Source: Pyrodictium abyssi
GTDB taxonomy: Archaea > Thermoproteota > Thermoprotei_A > Sulfolobales > Pyrodictiaceae
Reading direction: 5' to 3'
Length of the DNA: 32,000 bases
Assembly (NCBI RefSeq): GCF_036323395.1
Contig: NZ_AP028907.1
Coordinates: 720,001 to 752,000, forward strand
The notes beneath the pieces were generated by a model that had not been told where the DNA came from, did no database searches, and saw only the letters and a program-made list of their open reading frames with translations. This document shows, piece by piece, positions 9,468 through 18,233 of the stretch; the stretch's first letter is position 1; the number at the start of each line of letters is the position of its first letter. The translations under genes were made by a program, and so were the position numbers.

Positions 9468-10160
9468 GTGCGCGTATGCAGCATGTTTAGCGGCGGCAAG
9501 GACAGTACCTATGCTCTACACTGGGCTGTGCTACACGGCTTTGATGTGTGCTGCCTACTCTCGCTAAGGCCCAGGCGTAGATGGGATAGTATGCTCTTCC
9601 ACTACCCTGGTATAGAGCTTACAGAGCTCCAGGCCAAGGCCCTACGCATACCGCTAGTAGCGTGGACTACAGGCGAGGACGAGGAGCGAGACCTCGTAAA
9701 GGTGTTCAGGGAGGCGCGTAACCGGGGCTGCGAGGCTGTTGTGGCTGGCGCGCTTCTGAGTGACTACCAGAGGCTTCGTTTCGCCAGCGCTGCTGAGGAG
9801 GCTGGGCTCCGTATATTCACGCCGCTTTGGAGGATCAACCAGGAGGAGTACATGAGGAGCCTTGTACGCGAAGGCTTCAAAGTGATGATAGTCAGCGTAC
9901 AAGCCTATGGACTCCCCTCGTGGCTTGTGGGCCGTGTCCTCGACGAGGACACTGTTGAAAGAATCATAGAGTTGTCAAGGAAGTACGGGTTCAACCCAGC
10001 CTTCGAGGGCGGTGAGGCGGAGACACTAGTCCTTGATGCTCCACTTTTCAGAGAAGAGCTTAGCGTCAAGGGCGTTGTAGAGAGGCTTGGCCCAGACCAC
10101 TACTTCTACAAGATCACCGGCGCAAGGCTTATCCCTAAGAGAGGGGTCCCTCGCAGCTAG
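9468..10160 (+). CDS. dph6: Diphthine--ammonia ligase (Dph6)-like PP-loop ATPase
   Basis: MRVCSMFSGGKDSTYALHWA, GAILSDYQRLR-like VAGALLSDYQRLR, YGLPSWLVGR, FNPAFEGGEAETLVLDAPLF. Confidence 0.88.
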   Translation: MRVCSMFSGGKDSTYALHWAVLHGFDVCCLLSLRPRRRWDSMLFHYPGIELTELQAKALRIPLVAWTTGEDEERDLVKVFREARNRGCEAVVAGALLSDYQRLRFASAAEEAGLRIFTPLWRINQEEYMRSLVREGFKVMIVSVQAYGLPSWLVGRVLDEDTVERIIELSRKYGFNPAFEGGEAETLVLDAPLFREELSVKGVVERLGPDHYFYKITGARLIPKRGVPRS

Positions 10161-10685
10161 CAGCCTCAACACTAGGCAGGATAACTGGTCTAGTAGCCTC
10201 CATAACGGGTCTACTAGGGCTGGCAACCCTACCACAGTGACAGCCGCGGCGTATAGGCGGTTGTCCACTGGCGTTACACGCGCCCTTTCTATCTCCGAGT
10301 AGGCCTCTGGCATTACCTGTATAGCCCAGTCTACTAGCTGTACTAGCCACTCCACGGAGCCTCTAACGGCTAGCGGTGCTGCTGGCGGCGCTACGACCGT
10401 CACCACTGCAGCTGTTAGAGGGTCTAGCAGCGGTCTTGGCGGCGGTGTCTCGGCCTCTTCTATCCCCTCTACGATAAGGCTAGCGATACGCTCAACATAC
10501 GCCGCCGCTGTGTACGATATTGTGGCAGCAGACGCGCCAGCTACAAGCCATAGTCCGAGCGCGAGGCCCGGTAAGCCCAGGGCAAGGGATGCTATCGATG
10601 CCGCGAAAGTTGTCATAGCCAGTATGGATGCAGCCCTGCTAGCCTGTCTCGCGATATTTAGCCGTCTTAGCGGCTTCCCGTACAC
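10026..10685 (-). CDS. Hypothetical membrane protein
   Basis: 219 aa with several hydrophobic segments. Lies directly downstream of the next two minus-strand genes, consistent with an operon; overlaps the 3' end of the dph6-like gene. Confidence 0.6.
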   Translation of the reverse strand: MYGKPLRRLNIARQASRAASILAMTTFAASIASLALGLPGLALGLWLVAGASAATISYTAAAYVERIASLIVEGIEEAETPPPRPLLDPLTAAVVTVVAPPAAPLAVRGSVEWLVQLVDWAIQVMPEAYSEIERARVTPVDNRLYAAAVTVVGLPALVDPLWRLLDQLSCLVLRLLAARDPSLRDKPCAGDLVEVVVWAKPLYNALDAKLFSEKWSIKD

Positions 10686-10762
10686 CCTGCACGCACCATG
10701 GCCTGGGCGTTGCCGGTTAGTCTGAGAGCCTATGAACAGCTCTATTTAAGCCGGGCTCCCGG

Positions 10763-11044
10763 CTACGTTCTAGAGGATGCTAGACGGTACACAGCATCCC
10801 TAAGCTCGGCAAGCTTATCGTGGAGTCTCACTATAGAGGTGTATGCTGCGTATATGCTTCCAGGGCTGGCGGGTTTCCCGCTATTGACCGCTGCTGCCAG
10901 CTCTCCTATCGACTCCTCTACGAGTTCTATCAGGGCCATTGCCTCGTCTAGTAGCTGTAGCGCCCTATCCGCCGCGTTCTTCCCCTGCTGCATATCTACA
11001 CCGTCCCTACCGGGTCTACACCCAGGACTCTGCGGAGGACTCAT
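10763..11044 (-). CDS. Small helical hypothetical protein
   Basis: 93 aa, amphipathic helix-rich (ADRALQLLDEAMALIELVEESIGELAAAV). Its start overlaps the stop of the upstream gene by 4 nt. Confidence 0.6.
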   Translation of the reverse strand: MSPPQSPGCRPGRDGVDMQQGKNAADRALQLLDEAMALIELVEESIGELAAAVNSGKPASPGSIYAAYTSIVRLHDKLAELRDAVYRLASSRT

Positions 11045-11898
11045 ATTCTCGAGTTTACTTTACTACTCTTCGTCTTCTCCATGTGCAGCGCCAGCGCTTC
11101 TAGTAGCGGCCGGAGCAGCTTGTTGATACTGTCTAGTACCTTTTTCCGTAGCTCCTCCGACTCGTCCTCTAGGTAGGACGAGCCACGCTCTATGCCCTTC
11201 GGGAGGCTTGACTCTATAACCACTACCGAGGCAGACATGAGTTTCCTATTCATGGACACTGTGAACAGCGAGGCAGTGTCCATGTCCACTGCGAGCGCTA
11301 TTCTGCCGTAGAGCCTAGCGCCATGCTCTAGTAGCTGCTCGCTGAGGTAGAAGGTGTCAAGGCTCCAGACAACGCCCGCCATAGTCTTTATGTCGTGGAC
11401 CTCTAGCGACTGCTGTATATGGCGTAGCAGCGAGTAGTCCGGGATAGCAGGGACCTCTACCGGCGCGTACGTCTTCGAAACGCCGTCGCCCTTGATAGCA
11501 GCTGTGGCCAGCACAACGCTGCCTATACCGAGGCTCGGCGATATAGCCAAGCCCGTGTCGAGGTGCATTATTACGCGGGCGCCGAGCCTCGACAATTCCT
11601 CGACGAGTATGGCTAGTGCCGATGGCCCTACGGGCCTTAGTGCTACGGATATCTGTGCGCGGTGAAGGCTTCCAGTAGCCAGCCTGAAGCCAGGCCTACC
11701 GGGCCTCTCTACTACGTCGTGTAGAAGGCTAACAGCGTTCTCGTAGACCTCTTCGAGGCTAGTAACCAGTACATGCGTGGATACGTCGCCTTTACCGGCT
11801 CTGGTGAAGGGCTGTATTCTAGGCAATACCCAGTGCCCCCGGTGTATGTGCCCATGATGAGGGCTCGTGATAGCGTCTGGGTTGCCCGGGTTTATCAA
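11041..11898 (-). CDS. Nucleoside phosphorylase (uridine/purine phosphorylase PNP_UDP superfamily)
   Basis: HVLVTSLEEVYENA, GLAISPSLGIGSVVLATAAIKGDGVSKTYAPVEVPAIPD, VVWSLDTFYLSEQLLEHGARLYGRIALAVDMDTASLF. N-terminus may be over-extended. Confidence 0.82.
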   Translation of the reverse strand: MINPGNPDAITSPHHGHIHRGHWVLPRIQPFTRAGKGDVSTHVLVTSLEEVYENAVSLLHDVVERPGRPGFRLATGSLHRAQISVALRPVGPSALAILVEELSRLGARVIMHLDTGLAISPSLGIGSVVLATAAIKGDGVSKTYAPVEVPAIPDYSLLRHIQQSLEVHDIKTMAGVVWSLDTFYLSEQLLEHGARLYGRIALAVDMDTASLFTVSMNRKLMSASVVVIESSLPKGIERGSSYLEDESEELRKKVLDSINKLLRPLLEALALHMEKTKSSKVNSRI

Positions 11899-12011
11899 TG
11901 CTTTTGACGCGGGAATGACGCGGAAGGCCCGCCGAATGCTACTGGAAGGTGAAACAGGCGGGGGGAGGGGGGTAACTCTTAAAGGTAATCATAGGGTCTG
12001 CCCCTCCCCCG

Positions 12012-12416
12012 GTGAGAACGATGGAGATAACACACGTCATCAGGCCAAGGCCAGAGCCAGCGCCAGGAGAGCCAAAGGTGTACGGCAAGCACGTCTACGG
12101 CAACCTCTACAACTGCGACCGCGAGGTACTAAGCAACGAGGAGAGGCTACGCCAGATAGTCGTTAACGCTGCCAAGCTGGGCAACATGACGCTCCTCGAC
12201 GTCCGCAGCTGGAAGATAGGCGAGGGCGTCAGCATCGTGGCCATAGTCCTCGAGAGCCACATAACCATACACACATGGCCCGAGTACGCTTTCGCCACCG
12301 TGGACGTCTATAGCTGTGGGAAGCACACTAACCCGGAGAAGGCTTTCGACTACATAGCTGCTGCTCTGCGTGCCCAGCGCGTAGAAAGGAAGGTGGCTAC
12401 AAGGAACCTAGAATAG
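12012..12416 (+). CDS. SpeD-family pyruvoyl-dependent decarboxylase; crenarchaeal arginine decarboxylase (ArgDC) or AdoMet decarboxylase
   Basis: [19 protein letters not shown] and the Glu-Ser self-cleavage region [24 protein letters not shown]. Start may be GTG 12012 or ATG 12021. Confidence 0.9.
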   Translation: MRTMEITHVIRPRPEPAPGEPKVYGKHVYGNLYNCDREVLSNEERLRQIVVNAAKLGNMTLLDVRSWKIGEGVSIVAIVLESHITIHTWPEYAFATVDVYSCGKHTNPEKAFDYIAAALRAQRVERKVATRNLE

Positions 12417-12483
12417 GAGTTCCCTGGGCTAAAGCCTCCCTGGTTTTTGGGGCCGGTTGGAGCCCGGGTTTCCCGCGGCTCTC

Positions 12484-13509
12484 TCAGCCCAGTATTCTGC
12501 GGATAGCCTCCGACGCCTGGCGGGCAGCATCAGACCCTATAGCTAGGTGCTCGCCGCCATCGACTACTAGTCGTCCTCCGGAGAGTACCGTCTCTATACG
12601 CGGCCTCGAGCCTGATAGGCTCCAGGGCCTTGCATACTCTAGTGCAGGGAGCCAGCCCGGCGGCTCCGTCGCGTCTACCACTACGAGGTGTGCTGGCCTC
12701 TTCTCCCCGTAGACCCTATACTCAGGGTCGAACAGTCTGTGGATGGCCTGTGTCAGGAGGGTGTACACGTCTCTATGCTCCTTACCCGCCATGAGCGTCC
12801 ATGGGCTAGCTGTGTGTGGGTACATTGGCCCAGGTACAGTCGTCCTACTCTGCTCCGTTACTGCTTGCTCAGTGCTGCTTGGCACCCATAGGCTCCTAGC
12901 TTCTAGGGAGTAGACCAGCTCCGCCTGCCTCATAGCCTCCTCTGGGGGCTCGGTGCCGCCGCACAGCGCTATTCCCACGCGTATGCGGTGCCTATCGATG
13001 CCCTGCTCTTCTACCCTCTTCAGCAGCTCGGTGAATTCCTTGTCGGGCGTTAGCCCGCAGCCGTATGGGTAGAGTACTGCGCCTTCCAGCCCCGCGTCAA
13101 CGATTGCACGGGCTACAGCATCTATATGCGGGTCTATCGATACAACACGCGTGTATCCGTGCATCGCGAGCTCGTAGAGCGCCATTAGCGCCGAGTAGTA
13201 GGCTTCGCGGCTCCCCATGGACCGTACCCTGTCCGCCACGCTACTCTCCACGTACTCTGCTGGGTTTATGTCGGCTAGCAAGTGGCGGAAGGGGTAGGAC
13301 TCAAGGAAGACTGGCGGCGAGGCGAAGCCAGGGTACACTATCCTACCCGGGCCGCCTGCTACCAGTTCCGCGTACTGGGCCTCCTCGGGAGGCTCGCCTA
13401 GCCCTATGTAGTCGATAGCACACGCTGAGACGTGGATGTAGCCGGGGCCGTGGGCTACACCGTTCTCGTCAAAGTAGTATACATCGTAAAAGAGTATACG
13501 GGGCGGCAT
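12484..13509 (-). CDS. Amidohydrolase-fold-like protein lacking the canonical HxH metal motif
   Basis: YPGFASPPVFLESYPFR aligns with the amidohydrolase 'PGFxxxHxHxE' strand; C-terminal VLSGGRLVVDGGEHLAIG is composite-domain-like. Confidence 0.6.
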   Translation of the reverse strand: MPPRILFYDVYYFDENGVAHGPGYIHVSACAIDYIGLGEPPEEAQYAELVAGGPGRIVYPGFASPPVFLESYPFRHLLADINPAEYVESSVADRVRSMGSREAYYSALMALYELAMHGYTRVVSIDPHIDAVARAIVDAGLEGAVLYPYGCGLTPDKEFTELLKRVEEQGIDRHRIRVGIALCGGTEPPEEAMRQAELVYSLEARSLWVPSSTEQAVTEQSRTTVPGPMYPHTASPWTLMAGKEHRDVYTLLTQAIHRLFDPEYRVYGEKRPAHLVVVDATEPPGWLPALEYARPWSLSGSRPRIETVLSGGRLVVDGGEHLAIGSDAARQASEAIRRILG

Positions 13510-13615
13510 TGCCCTGCTGCACCTGCAACCCGTACTCTAGGCTCCACGTAGACGTGGCTACCCAGCATGGGGTTCAATACCGCATCGCCTAGAACCCCTC
13601 ACGCTGGCCAGGGAC

Positions 13616-13849
13616 CTACTCTGGACAAACCCACTCGGAGACTACACGCACCCTAGACGGGCCACACAAAGCCATACAGGCTAGGCATACTAGGCATAGA
13701 CTGGGCTCCGTCACGACACGGCCCGCTTCGAAGCGCAGAGCCCCGGTGGGGCACACGCCGCCGCATTCATCTGGGTCGAGATCCCCGTACACCTCGATAG
13801 CCCTGGCCACTATGCTGCAGGGCTTCTCTGGTTTACGTCTCCAGGCCAT
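13616..13849 (-). CDS. Small ferredoxin-like Fe-S protein
   Basis: 77 aa with DECGGVCPTGALRFEAGR and CLVCLACMALCGPSRVRV. Confidence 0.65.
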   Translation of the reverse strand: MAWRRKPEKPCSIVARAIEVYGDLDPDECGGVCPTGALRFEAGRVVTEPSLCLVCLACMALCGPSRVRVVSEWVCPE

Positions 13850-14027
13850 CCTCTACAACCCTTGAGGCTAGGGTCCTCTAATGCTGCCCGGGGCGGGTAG
13901 AGGAGGGTGTGTACCCGAGGTCGGACCCGGCGCCACATCACCCCGGGCCCGGGGGTCATCCCGTCCGCCGGGCCACCACCCCCATACCCGTTGCATTATG
14001 CTACAGCAGTACTTGACTGTTCCCCGG

Positions 14028-14870
14028 CTATTCGCTCTTGGATAGCTCGGCTTCCAGCATGCTCACTATCGGCTTGAGCTTCTCCGTTATACTTTCCCAC
14101 GTACCCCTGGGTATGTTCATGTCTAGCGAGAGGGGTGTTATCGCAATGGCGTTCTCGACGTGGACTACGTACACGTCAGAGCCTGGTTCGGGGTCTACGA
14201 GTGTACCGTAGAGCCAGTAGTACTTCCTCCCGCGAGGGTCGTAGAGCACGCTAACCTTCTGTAGGAACTTTACACGTGCTGCAGGGGCTATCTTGACTCG
14301 TGTACCTGGCGCTACTCTGCGGGGGAAGTTGACACTAAGGAGGTCAGCCCCCTGAGGTATACCGTTCTCCAGGACCCATAGGACTATACGGCGTACAATC
14401 TTCTTCATGTTGTTCCAGGTCTCTTTGTCCTCTTCTAGCTGGCTAGCCTCGTCAACGTTAGCTGAGAACGCTATACCGGGTATGCCTAGTAGCGCTGCCT
14501 GGGCAGCCGCGCCGACAGTGCCAGAGGAGAGAATGACTTGTATGCTCGTGTTGTCGCCGATGTTGACGCCGGATACTACTATGTCGAAGCGCGGGGAGAA
14601 CTCCTCTATAGCGAGGTATATCACGTCGCTAGGCGTACCATTAGTCATGTAAACGTCTACATCGCCCCATAGCTTTACCTTTGTTATACGCAGCGGCTTA
14701 TGCAGTGTTATGCCTAGCCCGCTAGCACTCTTCGGCGTCTCTGGTGCCAACACATAGGCTTTACCTAGGTCTTTGACCGCTTCGTAGAGTAGTCTAAGCC
14801 CAGGACTGTGTACACCATCATCGTTTGTTACCAGTATCTTTGGCGAATCTGGTGACACTACTCCATACAC
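14028..14870 (-). CDS. surE: 5'/3'-nucleotidase SurE
   Basis: KILVTNDDGVHSPGLRLLYEAV, APETPKSASGLGITLHKPLRI, VVSGVNIGDNT, SSGTVGAAAQAALLGIPGIAFS. Confidence 0.95.
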   Translation of the reverse strand: MYGVVSPDSPKILVTNDDGVHSPGLRLLYEAVKDLGKAYVLAPETPKSASGLGITLHKPLRITKVKLWGDVDVYMTNGTPSDVIYLAIEEFSPRFDIVVSGVNIGDNTSIQVILSSGTVGAAAQAALLGIPGIAFSANVDEASQLEEDKETWNNMKKIVRRIVLWVLENGIPQGADLLSVNFPRRVAPGTRVKIAPAARVKFLQKVSVLYDPRGRKYYWLYGTLVDPEPGSDVYVVHVENAIAITPLSLDMNIPRGTWESITEKLKPIVSMLEAELSKSE

Positions 14871-14991
14871 CCCTACTCTGAGCCCGCCTTCCGGTGCGCC
14901 AGGCTTATCGCCCCGCAGAGCGGGGCCAAGTAGCCCCGTATCAAGCGTAGAGGCCGTAAACTAGTTAGCTCGGGCAAAGGGCTGCAGTCTT

Positions 14992-15417
14992 CTAGCCTTG
15001 CTCCAGGCTCCAGGGCTTTCCTTCGTACACTATCTTGGCCGGCAGCCTATCCTGGTACCTACGCAGGAACCGTAGATCCTCGTCCTTCTTCCTAAGGTTG
15101 TCGGGTAGCATCCGTGGTATCTCGTCTATTATCGGGTACCAGCGGCCACAGTTGGGGCAGTATAGGACGCCGGTGGCGACTTCTATCTTGAGGCACTCCG
15201 CGCAGGGCGTAGCTGTACCCACCTCTTCTATCTTCTTGCCTACGGGTGTCTGCAGCCGGTAGCAGTATAGCTCACATAGTGGCGGTTTATACTGCTCTAG
15301 CAGCTCCTTTATCTGCTGCTCGCGCTCCGGGTAGCTCCTCTCCTCTATCACGTAGAGTTCTAGCGGGAAGTGCTTACACATAGGGCATGCCGCTAGGTCC
15401 ATAAAGCGGTACTTCAT
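14992..15417 (-). CDS. Trm112-like zinc-binding protein
   Basis: 141 aa, DLAACPMCKHFPLELYV...CAEC...GVLYCPNCGRWYPIIDEIPRMLPD; its ATG overlaps the upstream gene's stop. Confidence 0.75.
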   Translation of the reverse strand: MKYRFMDLAACPMCKHFPLELYVIEERSYPEREQQIKELLEQYKPPLCELYCYRLQTPVGKKIEEVGTATPCAECLKIEVATGVLYCPNCGRWYPIIDEIPRMLPDNLRKKDEDLRFLRRYQDRLPAKIVYEGKPWSLEQG

Positions 15418-16799
15418 CGCGCTGCCAGCCTCCTCGCCTTCTCGACGAGACTCTCGGCTAGCTCTTTAGCCCTATCTGGGCTCCTAGCCTCAACCATAAC
15501 GCGCAGGACGGGCTCAGTGCCGCTGGGCCGCACTAGAAACCAGAAGTCTTCGCCATCAACACGCAGCCCGTCGACCGTCACTATGCGGTAGCCCGGCTTG
15601 CCCATGTATTCCTCCTTTAGTGCCTCCACCACTTCTACTGCCTTCTCGCGCGGCATTGGCACCTTGGTCTTAACGGCGTAGTACCTTGGCAGCTCGCTGA
15701 ACAGCTCAGAGGCCTTAACGTTCTTCTTTGCCAGCATCTCCAGGAAGAGCGCCAGCGTCATGCCACCGTCGCGTGCCAGGAGGTGTGGCGGGTATATGAA
15801 GCCCCCATTCTCCTCGAAGCCGGCGACACCCCCCTCCTGGAGTAGACGGTAGCTTATATTTATTGAGCCCACGGGTGTCCAGGCTACCTCTATTCCCCGC
15901 GGCTCGAGATAGTCTGTGACAAGCCTGCTGCTAGACACAGCCGTGTAGAGCCTCTTCGGTGCGTCCGGTAGCTTCTCCTCGGCTATATAGGCTGTCAGCA
16001 ACGCGCCAGTCCTATCGCCCCACCATACCTCGCCCTTCTCGTCGATTGCTATGGCGCGGTCGCCGTCACCGTCATGACCCACGCCAAGGTCTAGGCCTAG
16101 CGCCTTGACCACGGACGCCGCTTCTGCTAGGGAGCCGGGCGTCGGCTCCGGCTCACGGTATGGAGTGGGGCTAGGGTTACACGCCAGCGTGTAGGCTTTC
16201 ACGCCTAGCTTCCGCAGAATAGCGGGGGTTGTCAGCGACGACACGTTGTTAGCACAGTCAACGAGCACCCGGAAGCCCCTGCTCTTTATGAGGTTCTTGT
16301 CTACACGGTCTACCACAGCGTCCACGTATAGGTCTACTACGCGGGGCTCTACCGAGGCCTCGTGTACCGCTCTACTCCAGGGCACGCGGCGGAACCTTTC
16401 CTCAAAGTATATTTCTTCTATCTTCTTCTCGGTGTCGCGGTCTATCTCTATCCCGAGCGGCCCGACCACCTTGATGCCGTTATACTGGGGCGGGTTATGA
16501 CTAGCAGTGACTATGACGCCAAGATCGTAGCCTAGCTCCTTGACCGCGTACTGTATGGCCGGCGTCGGGGCAAATCCGCCACCGTGCACGACGTGTACGC
16601 GTGCACCGGAGGAGAGGAGGCCTGCAACCACAGCGTGTAGTATCATGTCGCCGCCCGCGCGTGCATCGCGGCCAACGAGGACGCGTACGCCCTCGCCGTA
16701 GTAGCTCGCTATGGCAGAGCCTAGCCGGAGAGCAAGCTCGGGGGTTAGCTGCTCGTTTACTATGCCTCGGACGCCGTCTGTGCCGAACAGCTTACCCAG
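15414..16799 (-). CDS. Phosphomannomutase/phosphoglucosamine mutase family protein
   Basis: The track ORF starts at 16646, but the reading frame continues upstream as LGKLFGTDGVRGIVNEQLTPELALRLGSAIASYYGEGVRVLVGRDARAGGD-MILH, which is the expected family N-terminus. TASHNPPQYNG and GHDGDGDRAIAID are also present. CTG 16799 proposed as start; see findings. Confidence 0.9.
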   Translation of the reverse strand: MGKLFGTDGVRGIVNEQLTPELALRLGSAIASYYGEGVRVLVGRDARAGGDMILHAVVAGLLSSGARVHVVHGGGFAPTPAIQYAVKELGYDLGVIVTASHNPPQYNGIKVVGPLGIEIDRDTEKKIEEIYFEERFRRVPWSRAVHEASVEPRVVDLYVDAVVDRVDKNLIKSRGFRVLVDCANNVSSLTTPAILRKLGVKAYTLACNPSPTPYREPEPTPGSLAEAASVVKALGLDLGVGHDGDGDRAIAIDEKGEVWWGDRTGALLTAYIAEEKLPDAPKRLYTAVSSSRLVTDYLEPRGIEVAWTPVGSINISYRLLQEGGVAGFEENGGFIYPPHLLARDGGMTLALFLEMLAKKNVKASELFSELPRYYAVKTKVPMPREKAVEVVEALKEEYMGKPGYRIVTVDGLRVDGEDFWFLVRPSGTEPVLRVMVEARSPDRAKELAESLVEKARRLAAR

Positions 16800-16916
16800 G
16801 GCTAAGCACCCCGCGGCTTAGCACATCCATGCAACACTAGGAGTGGGACTCCTTTTCTAAGCGGTGGTCGCAATGCCTAGCCTGCCCTAGGAGGAGGCGG
16901 CCGGGAAGGGAGGCGG

Positions 16917-17971
16917 TGGTACAGCCTATGTGCATGGCTACTAGCCTCTTCGGGACGAGGCCACGGTGCGTGCTAGTCCTCTCCACCGGCGGAGGCGGGG
17001 ACGTAGCTACCGCCTCTATGCTCGCGGAGGCGCTGCGCCGGGAGGGTGTAGACGCTGTAGTGGCTGCCTCCCTCTGGGAGAGGTTCGTGAGAGACCCCAA
17101 TCCGGGGCCCGTGCCCCTAGGTAGCCTGGCTGGCGCCGAGCCCTTGGCTGAGGGCGATGCTGCCCGGCTGCTCCCGGGATGCACCGCTTTCCGGGGCGGC
17201 TACGTGTTTGAGCCCGCAGCCTGCAGAGCGGCCTCGCTACTGAGGAGCCTACCGGTCTACGCTGTCGACGTGTGGGGCGGGGAGCTGGCTATACGTAGGG
17301 CTGTAGAGGAGATAGCCGCTGTTCACGGGTGCGAGGCGCTACTCGACGTCGACGTGGGCGGCGACGTGCTGGCCAACGGCCACGAAGAGGAGCTGTGGAG
17401 CCCACTGGGCGACAGCCTCGGGCTCGCAGCAGCCGCCAACTCTAGCCTACCAGCTGTCCTCGCCGTACACAGCCTAGGCGCCGACGGCGAGCTCTCCGAG
17501 GAACAGCTACTCGGGAAGATAGCCGTTTTAGCCCGTAGGGGCGGCTACCGGTGGATCAGGGGACTAGACCCGCGAGACGTCGAGCTACTAGACGAGATTC
17601 TAGGGGCCATAGAGACGGAGGCTAGCCGGATACCACTACTGGCGACGAGAGGTCTCTACGGCAGCATAGCTATAAGGGGAGGGACCCGTCGCGTCCGGGT
17701 AAGCATATACCAGGCTGCAACAGTCTTCCTGGACGCCGCCGTGGCCTACCTGGACACTCCCCCGGCCAGGGCCGTTACGGGTACAGCTAGCCTCGAAGAG
17801 GCGCGGAGACGGCTCAACGGTCTCGGCGTGTACACAGAGCTCGACCTCGAAGAGGACATCCACATGCACATAGTACTGGGAAGACTTACCCCCGAGAAGC
17901 TCATCGAGATAAAGACCGCGGGCAGGAGGCGGCTCGCCTCGCCGTCAAAAACTCGGGGCCCGGGAGCCTAG
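16917..17971 (+). CDS. DUF1152 domain-containing protein
   Basis: CVLVLSTGGGGDVATASMLAEALRREG, LDVDVGGDVLANGHEEELWSPLGDSLGLAA. Exact start uncertain. Confidence 0.78.
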
Positions 17972-17986
17972 CACGAGCCATAGAGG

Positions 17987-18142
17987 CTACTTGTACACCA
18001 CTATTACTAGCCTGCCACGCCACTCGCTCATCTCTATCTTTACCTTGTCGCCCTCACGCCAGCGTAGGCTCGCCATTAGCTCCTCTGGGAGCCGTATGAG
18101 GTAGCCCTTTTCGTCGCGGTCGATTACACCCTCATAGGCCAT
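17987..18142 (-). CDS. Short AbrB/SpoVT-like DNA-binding domain protein, absent from the ORF track
   Basis: Hand translation gives MAYEGVIDRDEKGYLIRLPEELMASLRWREGDKVKIEMSEWRGRLVIVVYK* (51 aa), ATG to TAG. 'LIRLPEELxxxLxWREGDKVxIE' is typical of swapped-hairpin AbrB domains. Confidence 0.72.
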   Translation of the reverse strand: MAYEGVIDRDEKGYLIRLPEELMASLRWREGDKVKIEMSEWRGRLVIVVYK

Positions 18143-18233
18143 AGCTTATAGCCACCTCACGTTGCCTAGCCGTTCCACGTGCCCGGTGCGGAGTACATGT
18201 ACCTGTATGGGTGTAAAAACTTCTGGTCCCTCT

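Noticed and set aside
10698-11126. 142-aa plus-strand ORF with Ser-rich sequence
   Set aside because: Antisense to the 93-aa minus ORF that has operon-like 4-nt overlap with its upstream neighbour. The Ser/Cys-rich composition is typical of a shadow frame.
11846-11900. CATGATGAGG as a possible C/D box sRNA box C
   Set aside because: No convincing box D/D' (CTGA) at suitable distances, and the segment lies in the upstream part of the nucleoside phosphorylase ORF.
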